Below, in pieces: positions 12,831 through 23,678 of a stretch of DNA of 51,949 nt. The notes beneath the pieces were generated by a model. The model was not told where the DNA came from. It made no database searches and was given only the letters and a program-made list of their open reading frames with translations. Where the stretch lies: assembly GCF_001194135.2 (NCBI RefSeq), contig NC_068994.1:31743649-31795597 (forward strand), in the 5' to 3' direction. Each line of letters starts with the position of its first letter. Within the stretch, counting starts at the first letter, position 1. The position numbers were made by a program, and so were the translations under genes. Source of the stretch: Octopus bimaculoides. Taxonomy: Eukaryota.

Positions 12831-13713
12831 ACATGGATATATCAGTAGAAAGCTCCGTGATGATAGTAACATTGATCATCAAAGCCGTTTATCATGGACC
12901 GATAGCCGGATTACTACCTCCTACTTTGAAGGGTATGCGTTTACAATCCAGGAAAAGGAAATATCAACCAAGTACCTGATGCACAAAAGGGATTAGAGAT
13001 ACAGGAAAAGCTGTAAAATGTGACAACCGATGCAGACTCTGTCGAGTTCACACTGAGGATATCATGCACAGCATAAGCAGTTGTCCGAAAATGTCATCAC
13101 TGTATTCTCTACCGATGAGACATGATGTTGTAGGTAGGACGTTCTATAATGAAATCTGTCGGAAAGATAATCCCGAGGACAAAGAAATAAGAACCCACAA
13201 TATGGTAGAAGCCAGAGTCACTCATAATAAACAGAAATACTGGTGGAATGTACCAGTGAAGACCTCAAGAAAATGTAAACACAACAGACCTGATGTAATG
13301 ATTTGAGACAGAGAAGAGAAATTGTGCACATTTATGAAAATTAGCTGCCCAGCGGATGTTAACATAAAGCCGAAGATCATTGAAAAAGAGAACACCTATG
13401 CTGAGCTATTGAGAAATCTACAGTTACTCTATCCAGATTACAAGTTTGGGTTTATACCTGTAATTATTGAGTCCCAGCGATATGTAACACACTGCCCAAA
13501 TATCAATCTTGAGAAATTAGGCTTCTCAAAGCCAGAAAGGAGAAAGCTATTTCGAAGACTACAGATCCAATCCATCACTGGAACTGTAAAAATCTGTAAA
13601 ACTTACCAGAAGTTTATCATTTAAATATATATGAGCATGTCTAGATATGCAACTATACGCATGAGAATACATACATAAAACATACAAATCTGCACATACA
13701 TACATACATACAT
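12831..13713 (+). mobile_element. 5'-truncated R4/Dong-like RLE-type non-LTR retrotransposon (pseudogenised C-terminus)
   Basis: CRLCRVHTEDIMHSISSC (CX2CX8HX4C, 13031-13084), RHD, WWN, HNRPD.I*D (PD endonuclease motif), SCPADVNI..K..EK..Y; stop at 13622-13624; (TACA)n on both sides. Confidence 0.85.
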
Positions 13714-13715
13714 GT

Positions 13716-13877
13716 GGAGGCGCAATGGCCCAGTGGTTAGGGCAGCGGACTCGCGGTCATAGGATCGCGTTTTCGATTCCCAGATCGGGCGTTGTGAGTG
13801 TTTATTGAGCGAAAACACCTAAAGCTCCACGAGGCTCCGGCAGGGGATGGTGGCGAACCCTGCTGTACTCTTCCACC
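13716..13877 (+). mobile_element. tRNA-derived SINE (third family), truncated by gap
   Basis: A box tggcccagtgg (13726-13736), B-box-like tttcgattccc (13771-13781), then non-tRNA body. Confidence 0.8.
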
Positions 13878-14286
13878 NNNNNNNNNNNNNNNNNNNNNNN
13901 NNNNNNNNNNNNNNNNNNNNNNNNNNNNNNNNNNNNNNNNNNNNNNNNNNNNNNNNNNNNNNNNNNNNNNNNNNNNNNNNNNNNNNNNNNNNNNNNNNNN
14001 NNNNNNNNNNNNNNNNNNNNNNNNNNNNNNNNNNNNNNNNNNNNNNNNNNNNNNNNNNNNNNNNNNNNNNNNNNNNNNNNNNNNNNNNNNNNNNNNNNNN
14101 NNNNNNNNNNNNNNNNNNNNNNNNNNNNNNNNNNNNNNNNNNNNNNNNNNNNNNNNNNNNNNNNNNNNNNNNNNNNNNNNNNNNNNNNNNNNNNNNNNNN
14201 NNNNNNNNNNNNNNNNNNNNNNNNNNNNNNNNNNNNNNNNNNNNNNNNNNNNNNNNNNNNNNNNNNNNNNNNNNNNNNNNNNNNNN

Positions 14287-14478
14287 GAGTTTTATCCACG
14301 CATGCGCATGAGACTCTTCCTGTATTTCTTCCGGAACTAGTCCCTGCACATGCGTGGATAAAACTCCGGACATTGAACATATAACAGTCGTCTGCTATAA
14401 GTTGTCACTACATGGCTCCCCCGCGAGTGCCGAAAGCACGAAAATAGAAATTTGGAGGGACGCCTGAGGCAAGATGGC
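14287..14478. promoter_or_regulatory. CpG-rich promoter-like cluster (NRF1-like, ETS, YY1 motifs) overlapping an 18-22 bp inverted repeat
   Basis: tgcgcatgcgtg on - strand (14297-14308), cttccgg (14328-14334), caagatggc (14470-14478); IR arms 14287-14304 and 14349-14366. Confidence 0.4.
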
Positions 14479-16283
14479 TACCGAAAACACCCACAAGATG
14501 TGGCACAAATATATACAATTGTGAGATACATGCATGCATGTACAAAAGAATTGACATTGACAAACAACCGTGATGACAACTGTCCAGGAAACTGGAATCA
14601 TGCTTTAAACTTTTGCAACTCATTTTCGTTTCCCCTAGACTCTCCAAAATTCTCTTCATTGTGTCCGTAGCAGTTACTTCACGTGCTCCACCTCCTCCTC
14701 CTCCTAAAATGTGGGTAACCATCACTCCAACAAAGTGTAGGGGTGGTGGTAATCGCCATCGTGAGTTTACCACCACCACCACCACCATTATCCTTCTCCA
14801 CTTAGTTGAACATATCCATATTCTCAACTGCTTCTCCACGACTATGGAGTTTTACCAGCTGGTCAGCAGGGTCACTATGGACACTAAAACGAGACTCAAT
14901 TAAGACAAAGTCTTTGTAGGCCACTTGGAAGTTCAGATTTTGATCCTGTTCTTTGGACTAATCCCAGGAACTGTATGGTTGTAATACTGGTGCTACCTCA
15001 CTCACCTGATATAAATTCAATTGGTTTAGCTTTAATACAATTCACCCGGCATTGAAATTCATTTCCACCACAACTAACACTTCTGTAGACATCTTCGACA
15101 CCTTAAAGACCCACCACCTTTTCACTTCTAAGCTCACTCCTATTTTGTCTATTCCATCTATCAGTCACACACACACACACACTGTGATTGATATCTAATT
15201 TTCTCAATTCCTCTGGTTGCACTAGTTATGCAGCACTGATTCAGACCTAAGATCGAGCTGGAGAACTGAAGAAATACGGTATTTATCCGTTATTGCAAGT
15301 ACTCTTGGCCGGTTGTGCTTATTGCGCATTCAACCAGTACCACCCTCAACCGCATTGCTACCCTCCTACCCCAATACCCACACCTACAAATCGGATCCCA
15401 ATTTTCTTTAACTTCTACTTGATCTTCCTCATATTAAATCACATACTCCACCAATTTTTTTTTATTTCTTCTTTCTCATCCTATAACTGCAACGACCTTC
15501 TTCCTACTTAGTCTTCTCTCCTTCAAGAGAGACAAGAATTGTTGCTACAATTTAATTAGAAGCTTCCTATTTCTGTAATCACACTCAACTTGATACCTTC
15601 AAATTGTCTCACCGCATCGGCCTCACCTGTTTCTATTATCTGTTTAACACTACAACCATCATCGACCCAAAACATTTCAAACTTTAACTGCACATATGGT
15701 CAGCCTCCGCTCTCCCACGATCTGTATTTATATGTATCATATATTTGTATGCTGAGGTATATTGATATATAATATATTTGTGAATATGTACAATGGTGTG
15801 GAGGTGAGCAAGTGTGCGAATATATGGACTGTATTTATGTGTTTCATGTTGACAGGGATATATGTATGTGTATATGCACGTAGGTATACTTACACACCAT
15901 ACATACATTGGCATGTGCATGTATATGTGAATGTCTATGTGTGTATGAGCGTGCTGATATGTATGTGTATAATATCAATGACATGCGTGTACGTCCCTGT
16001 GAATCTGAACGCAGCGGTATAAGCATGTTTTATGTATGCGTACATTCATGTGTATCTAAAGTTATTTACCATTTATATTTTTAATTAATGCTAAGTAATT
16101 AAAGTTTCGGGATTATTTCCACTATATTTCTTAACTAGAAATAATCATTACGCTAATGGGTTTTTTTTCTCCATGTTATGAATTAATTTTAATAAATTAA
16201 AATTTTTTAATCCACTAAATTAAATATGCTAACATCCACTGGTCCATCACAAGGTCTAACCCTTGTTGCGACGTGGTAGCTTG

Positions 16284-16450
16284 TGCCCCTCAATGATTCT
16301 GAGAGCAATGCCAGTGGAGTGCAAGCTCTAGTAGGGCTTCCAATGCTGGATAGGTCAAGGAATAGAGGCCAAACTCATATGGGCTACCTCTTTCCAGAGC
16401 TAAAGATGGTTTGCATAGGATCAACACCTCTAAAAAATAAAAGCAGTTAC
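16284..16450 (+). repeat. Second copy of the dispersed RTE-5'-like module
   Basis: Aligns to 4275-4430 (rc) and 39520-39660. Confidence 0.5.
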
Positions 16451-16465
16451 AGAAGTATCGGCAAC

Positions 16466-16640
16466 CAGTGACGTAATTAATATGGGAGCAAGCGGAGCCA
16501 CCACTACCCACGAGTACAATTTTCAAAATTGGCGCCTTTTATAGAATGTATAATCAATGAGTTAAAAATTGTTTGGTATGTGTCACGGCACCTTTCTATG
16601 TGCTCGCTCTCCCAAAGTTTAGGACCTGGCTACGCTCCTG
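16466..16640. mobile_element. Probable hAT-type MITE
   Basis: Termini cagtgacgta / tacgctcctg; weak 8 bp TSD tcggcaac / acggtgac (5/8). Confidence 0.4.
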
Positions 16641-17039
16641 ACGGTGACAATTCAAATCCAATGAGAAAAGACAGGAATCTTTTGAAATAGCTGGAGACAC
16701 TGAGGAAGAGTTGGTGGAGGGGGAGGGGGGACAAAAACAAAAGAAAAACAGAAAAACGGGGACAAATCGGAGAGAATAAGAAAAAACGGCCCAGAGTCGT
16801 GAACGGCGGGAAAAAAGTCGATGGAGCGAAGGCTTAGATATAAAAAAATAAAGTAATATGCAAAAACCCCTAACTAACCCAGGTACTCTCTTTAATTTGA
16901 CGGCTTAGAAGTGCCGCACATCCACAACACTTTCCTTCTTATTCTAATTCATTTTCGATCCCAATTTCAGTTTTCCTCAATTTCTTTTCTAAGCCGAAGG
17001 ACTCATCCAAAATGTTTTCCGAGCCAACAAGAGAATTTC

Positions 17040-17225
17040 TACATGGTCGTTCGACCTGCTAGAATTAACAGCCAAATCTTTCTCGAATCGCATCATACTG
17101 CTTTATAAAAGGACATGGTGGGTACCCTGCAGATTGGCAAAACGGGATGGTCACAGCTGGGATGCGTTTGACACAAAGCTTATTCAGTATTAACTTGAGG
17201 ATTAACAAAAGCTACAACAACGAAA
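17040..17225 (+). repeat. Old SINE-like repeat (fourth family); other copies at ~9500-9680 (-), ~11040-11170 (+), ~42830-42990 (+)
   Basis: Shared ctacatggtcgttcgacctgctagaa..cagccaaatct..ggtcacagctgg.atgc.tttga motif string. Confidence 0.6.
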
Positions 17226-17667
17226 ATGTTACGAAGGAGAGGAAGAGGGGTTTCTTTGCTATGGAGTGGGTGAGATGATAGAAGTTTTATATTCACCCAC
17301 CATACACACATCCATACACACACAGACACAAATGCATATAAAGATAAAGGGAGAGAGACAACAATATATAATTGATAATATGCATGTGAATGTCTATTTA
17401 TTTATTTATTTATTTTTATCAAATGGCTTCAGTTTGGACTAGGAATCGAAACCAATGAAGCTAAGAAGGTAACAATACACAATTACTACCTATCCTAACG
17501 GACTTGATACACTTTGACGGTAAAACCCGAAATCCTGAGACGGCCTGCATCAATGGCATAACTTCACCACCACCACCACCACCACCAAAACATCTCTTCT
17601 TCACTTCAGTCTCTTTATTATTTAAAAACTTGAAGACAAAACAGCAACGGCACTTTCTTTCTCTTAC

Positions 17668-18075
17668 CCTCACTCTCAGACGAAGAGTAGGCCTCCGAAA
17701 CGTTAGATTTTTCACTCCTAACACCGGAAGAACTTAAGGAAATCTTCTAGGAACTCCAGTTTGAAGTTCTGCTGATTTTGCATATAATTTCAAGTGGCGA
17801 CTAAAGCCGGCTGACACCGGTCTATATTTGGACTCATAAAAACAAATCACCGATTAGATTTGACGGCTGATTATTATTTCCATCATCTGCTATAAACGTG
17901 ATTAACCTCATCTGCATGGTAACACGCCAGTTTGGCTTGTCTTCTGCTTTATTTACCAACATAACCACGTCGGTATAGATGTGATTTATTTTTATTTGAA
18001 TATATATGTATATGTATACATGGCCAGAAAGTGTCCGCTTTTCTACTGGTTCGTTGCGCTGTCTTTCATCTCATG
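17668..18075. promoter_or_regulatory. Candidate bidirectional promoter with divergent first exons
   Basis: + donor ATG|GTGAGT at 18075/18076; - donor GAGG|GTAAGA at 17668/17667; ETS ccggaag at 17724-17730; locally CpG-rich, non-repetitive. Confidence 0.45.
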
Positions 18076-21000
18076 GTGAGTTAATTTAAATCGAAAAAGT
18101 CTGAGATGTGTGTGTGTATGTATGTGTCCATATTTACATATACCCACACATACATAATATATATGCATAAATATACATACACGCACATTGTATTTCTATC
18201 TGTCTATTGGTCTACACACATACACGCACACGCACACGCAGGTACACACACACACACACACAGAGTCGTAAACATTTGAATTCCCGAAAATAATTTTATA
18301 TAAAATAATAGCGAAAATTGATCGGATATTTTTAGCCGGCTATATTTTGGAACATGAAATATTTTTATAATTGAGACACAACGATATTGGAAGATTCTCT
18401 GTTAAAAAAAAAATGAAAATTGATTACAAAAGAAAACAAATTTGAAAAAAACCCTTCTCTTTATAATTTTAAAGATTACAGCTAAAATAATGATTGATAA
18501 TGATTAGGGCAGCTTTTACACATTTAATAAAACATCTGAAAGACATCTAAAGGAATTGGGAATGCAATATCGCAATGTTTGTGCTTTAATAAATAATGCA
18601 CTTTTAACATAAGCCATGAATTCTTAAGAAAAAGTATTAGTTGAGTGAGCACAATGCCGTATATTTGTATATGAGGGGTATAGTTGACAGTCGAGCCTAT
18701 TATATAACTGGTATATATGCAAGCAATGTCTATGTGTAGCGGGATCTCTGCAAGATCGCTCAATATGATACAAATAGCAATGAAGTTTCCCTCAAATAAC
18801 AATTTTTTTTTATCTTTTAAAAAGGGACACGTTGGATGTAATTCTAGATATATTTTTTAAAAGGTGTTTGAAAAAGAAAAAAATACATGCCAGGGGTGGT
18901 CATTTCTGGAACATCTTTGATCAGAAGTCTACTCTGACGGGGTTGACGTGGGGTCGAAATAGTAATAACAACTGGTATTTATTTGATCGACAATTACTAG
19001 AGGTGATAGATGAAAGTCGATTTTAGTGAGATTTGAACTCCGGAATGTGAGGTAGCGAGTTTTTTGCAAAGAAGTAGAGGGTATGTTGTGACGTTCATGC
19101 ATTTAGCTTTCGATCTAGTGTCCCAGACATCCTCAATTATTTCCTCATCAATTAATACAAAATATTAATTAAAAGAAATAACTGTAACTCGAAGAACTCA
19201 AATACACACATAAACACATGTGTATGCATACATATAAACATGCACATACACACACATAATGTGCATGTACATAGATACATACACACACACACACATATAT
19301 ATATATATACACACACACACACATGCAAACATGACTTATTTCTTCGCTTTGGCACTGACAGATCTAATTTATTATTTTTTAAACAACTACTCCTAAAAAA
19401 CATGAACCAAAATGTCTTTCTATTTAACATTATCTATGTAAGTAGGGAAACAGACTGATAGCGAAGGAATGATGCCGTGTTAGGTAGTTTTCGACAAAAA
19501 GCATCTCTCTTTTTTTTTTTATACTGAGTGTTTCATCTCTGTTAAAAAGTAAGAGAATCGCGGGAACATTTTTCTGTCACGAGATATTTTATTTATCGAC
19601 TTAATTGTTAAAGCAGTTCATTTTTTAGAGCAAAACATCAACAGATCTATATAGATATTTTTTTATTCTTATTAATTAAGAATTTAATATTTATCTTTTA
19701 TTTTTTACTAACATAACTTTCCTTTAATTTAAAATTCTGCTAATTTTATTAGGCCATGTATATTTTGGTTTTTAGTAATAGCGTTTTTGCTTACTGAATG
19801 TGTCTACAAGAAAAAACAAAACAAAAACAAATGTTTTCTATCAGATAAGAGATTTGAAAAGCAAAGCCCAATGTCGGCTTGCGTTTGTTGTGCTCAGTTA
19901 TCTATCTATCTATCTATCTATCTATCCATCCATCCATCCGAATATATGAAAATGTGTGTTAATTTCTGTATTAAGTTCGTCTCCTGTATAAATAGATATA
20001 TTTATATAGATCAGGTCCAGTTCATACGCCTATTAAAATAAATTAATATATTTATATAGACCAGGACTAGCTCACACATCTATAAAAAAATATATAGTTA
20101 ACTGATGAAGAACCAGGTTAAATCATGTTTTCATGTGTGTGTAACCATCACTAATAACTTTAAAAAAGTTTGTGACGACAGAATAATTAGCGGTATTATA
20201 CTGCTGCTAATTTAATTAATTAGAACACCTCCTGCACAAAAGTACTCACCATGTACCCATTACTTTAACTCTTTTCTTGCAGTTTCGTGACTGTGTTGTA
20301 GTCAATGATTATTATTTAAGCATGAATATCACATAATATCACATAATATCACGCTAGTACGGCCGGGACCTGTGGAGTGCCGGATTAACGAGTTTGCTTG
20401 GATAATTTAGATTTTTCGATTAACATACACTTTACTCAACAGTTAACCATCACAACGTACCTTTTAAAATATCCTGTAAATCCATATGATAGTCAATAAG
20501 GGGAAAAAATCGACATGAAATGAAAAGCAAGTGAAATTTTGATAAAGAGCAGATAAAACAAAGGGGTATAGATAAGTACACGGATTCTGTTGACTTGCGT
20601 AAGAAAGTTCAACGCTGCCTCTTTCAAAATGAAGAGCTGAAATTTAAATTTCAGTTCCATATTAAGAAGTGGGAGCTAACAGGATCGTCATCTTTATATT
20701 GAAAGGTGACTAAAACATCTGAAACTGGTGATGAAATTGTCCTGTTATCTTCAGGAGCTGATGATGATAGTGGCAGCATGCTTGGGTGAACAGAAGTCCA
20801 TGGCATTAAATTTTCAAATGTCAGTTCCCCTATTTCATGATTTCAATTTTTAGCTATTTTTAAAAATGAATCTTTCAATCTAATCTGTTTCATATATTTT
20901 GGCCTTTCTTAAGTTTATTCTACAAAATGTAAACTTATATCATTTCTTGTTAAGTTATAAAACTCTTATTCTAGATAAACCTTTTCACCCTTTGGGAATC

Positions 21001-22006
21001 TGCTAAAATATATTTTATGTCTCAGGGAAACCTCACAAAAAAGTTGGTGCATAGTTTTTTGGTGCTACTTTAGCATGCAGTCTACCACAGTATTCATAGT
21101 TTATGCTGTGAAATGACCTGATCTGAAATTAGATTTAGGCTTAGCTTAGGATTAGCCTGCATGCTAAAGTGTAAATGGCCAGGTAGACCATGCTCAAATG
21201 TGGCATCACTTTTTTATCTTTTTCTTAGTCTTTTGTAGATCAAGCAAATTGTAAAACTGTCTTCGAAAGGTTTAGCTGTCTAAATCCATTAGATATCCCA
21301 AAGAATGTGTGAGAAGTTTTATCTAATACCTTGTTTAAATCAAATATCCTTACAATCCTCCGTTAAGAGATCACTTTTCTTTATGCCATGTGTTTGTATA
21401 ATAAAATAATGATTATAGAATTAAACATAAAAATGCATTTGCATATAAGGCGCAGGTGTGGCAAGAAGTGTGGTAATGTCCAATTGAGAGGAAAATAACA
21501 ACTTGCGTGGAAACACATGATAGTTAATGACATGAAGAGCATCTGCCTCTGTGATTTTTTTTGTCTCATCCAGACAAGCATAGAAAAGTAGATTTTAAAA
21601 CAGTGATAATAATAGATCTTGCAAAACAAATTCAAAAACAAAATAAAACTTGAACTTTGGACAAATTGTCAACTTAATGAGTTCTGTTGTAAGTAAGTTC
21701 CCTGGTTATTACTGGTGGTGAGTCTTAGAACTTGTAGGGCTGGCTTCCCAGTTTCCATGACACTTAAGACTGAGATCCCAACATTATCCCACTGAATGGG
21801 ATGTCAGTCCACCATAGAGTATGCTCATTTACAGCTTAGTGGAGTATGAAGAAACATGAAATAAAGTGTCACCTAATCTGGGAATCAAAAGCATGATCTT
21901 GCATTTATGGGTACAATACTCTAACCCAGTGGTTCTCATCTTGGGTCCATATAGCCCTTTTGAATCCATATAAGATTTTGTTATTAAAATTTATATGCAA
22001 TAGATA

Positions 22007-22409
22007 CCGTAAATCCTTGAGTATAATCCGCACTTTTTTCCCAAAATTTAAAGGTCAAAATTTCTAGTGCGTACTATATACGAGGTTAAAAATGAAACAT
22101 ATATTTTCTAAGTGATAAATATGTAAAGGCAAAATATGTATTTTTCACTGAAGTTATTACTGTTATTTCTTTATTTTCTGCAAACAAAGTGCACAAAAAA
22201 GCTACACGTTTGCATTATGTTATGTATACAATAATAATAAAGGACGTTACCGTATATACGTTTATAAACCAAGGACATTATATAGACCTTGATTCAAGTC
22301 AGAGAAGGGGTGCATATTATACACAAGGTTTAGGTTTGTCAGAGGTACAGCCCCCTAAAAATCCCCTGCGTATTATACTCAAGAGCGGACTATACTCGAG
22401 GATTTACGG
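22007..22409. mobile_element. Tc1/mariner-superfamily (Tc2/pogo-like) MITE, 403 bp
   Basis: 25 bp TIRs ccgtaaatccttgagtataatccgc / gcggactatactcgaggatttacgg (23/25); TA on both sides; appears to sit in a hAT-like fragment starting cagtggttctca at ~21927. Confidence 0.9.
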
Positions 22410-22477
22410 TACTACTTCAATACACAAAATATTTTAACAATTTTTTAATACAATTCCAAATGCAATTTTTAATACAG

Positions 22478-22846
22478 GCATGGATGTGCGGTAAGAAGCT
22501 TGCTTCCCAACCACATGATTCAAGGTTCAGTCCCACTGTGTGACACCTTGGGCAGGTGCCTTCTACTATAGCTTCGGGCCGACCAAAGCCTTGTGAGTAG
22601 ATTTGGTAGATGGAAACTGAAAGAAGCCAGTTGTGTGTATATATGTGTGTGTGTCTATATTTGTACCTCCCATCGCTGCCCGACAACTGGTGTTGGTGTG
22701 TTTACATCTCCATAATGTAGCGGTTCAGCAAAAGAGACTGATAGAATAAGTACTAGGATTAAAAAATAAGTCTTGGGTCAATTTCTTCGATTAAAATCCT
22801 TCAAGGCGGTGCCCCAGCATAGCTGCAGTCAAATGACTGAAACATA
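22478..22846 (+). mobile_element. CORE-like tRNA SINE
   Basis: Same head, core and tail as 11930-12302. Confidence 0.9.
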
Positions 22847-23324
22847 AAAATTTTTTTTTTTTTTTTAATTAAGAAAGAATTCTTAATAATATCTAATTAT
22901 AAAAACGTGATATGATTTTATTAAAGATCAAATGGCCATGAGNNNNNNNNNNNNNNNNNNNNNNNNNNNNNNNNNNNNNNNNNNNNNNNNNNNNNNNNNN
23001 NNNNNNNNNNNNNNNNNNNNNNNNNNNNNNNNNNNNNNNNNNNNNNNNNNNNNNNNNNNNNNNNNNNNNNNNNNNNNNNNNNNNNNNNNNNNNNNNNNNN
23101 NNNNNNNNNNNNNNNNNNNNNNNNNNNNNNNNNNNNNNNNNNNNNNNNNNNNNNNNNNNNNNNNNNNNNNNNNNNNNNNNNNNNNNNNNNNNNNNNNNNN
23201 NNNNNNNNNNNNNNNNNNNNNNNNNNNNNNNNNNNNNNNNNNNNNNNNNNNNNNNNNNNNNNNNNNNNNNNNNNNNNNNNNNNNNNNNNNNNNNNNNNNN
23301 NNNNNNNNNNNNNNNNNNNNNNNA

Positions 23325-23495
23325 CACACACACACACGTATACATATATACGATGGGCTTCTTTCAGTTTCCGTCTACCAAATCCACTCACAAGACTTTG
23401 GTCGGCCTGAGGCTATAGTAGAAGACACTTGCCCAAGGTGCCACGCAGTGGGACTGAACCCAGAATCATGTGGTTGGTAAGCAAGCTACTTGGCC
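23325..23495 (-). mobile_element. CORE-like tRNA SINE 5' half (rest in gap)
   Basis: gggcttctttcagtttccgtctaccaaatccactcacaag..gacacttgcccaaggtgccacgcagtgggactgaacc. Confidence 0.9.
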
Positions 23496-23678
23496 ATGAG
23501 CCTTTACAGTATGTTAGTTCATCAATTTAAAATGAATAATAAAATCAAACTTTTTTCTTTCTTTTCTTTATATCATGTTTGATTATTTGAAATCTATCTT
23601 TTCAGTTCTCTATTACACTCTGTTCTTGTGTCCAAGTAATTCGTTCAAGTGAAGTGTTAGTGATTTGAGCTTTCCTAC

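Noticed and set aside
13716-13790. tRNA gene
   Set aside because: Has A/B boxes but a poor cloverleaf and runs into a SINE body
16340-16400. HDV-like ribozyme in the dispersed module
   Set aside because: P3/L3-like hairpin present, but no P1 or P2 partner strands found in any of the three copies
20102-20135. ctgatga-agaacc-a-ggtt-aaat-catg as a minimal hammerhead
   Set aside because: GAAA absent and no stem I pairing
20265-20282. Strong acceptor ctcttttcttgcAG as an extra ZNF-A UTR exon
   Set aside because: Plausible, but no clear matching donor; cannot be supported without transcripts
20637-20654. Perfect 18 bp palindrome ctgaaatttaaatttcag, and a 12 bp IR at 27069-27129
   Set aside because: Short and low-complexity, or isolated; not clearly above chance in 52 kb
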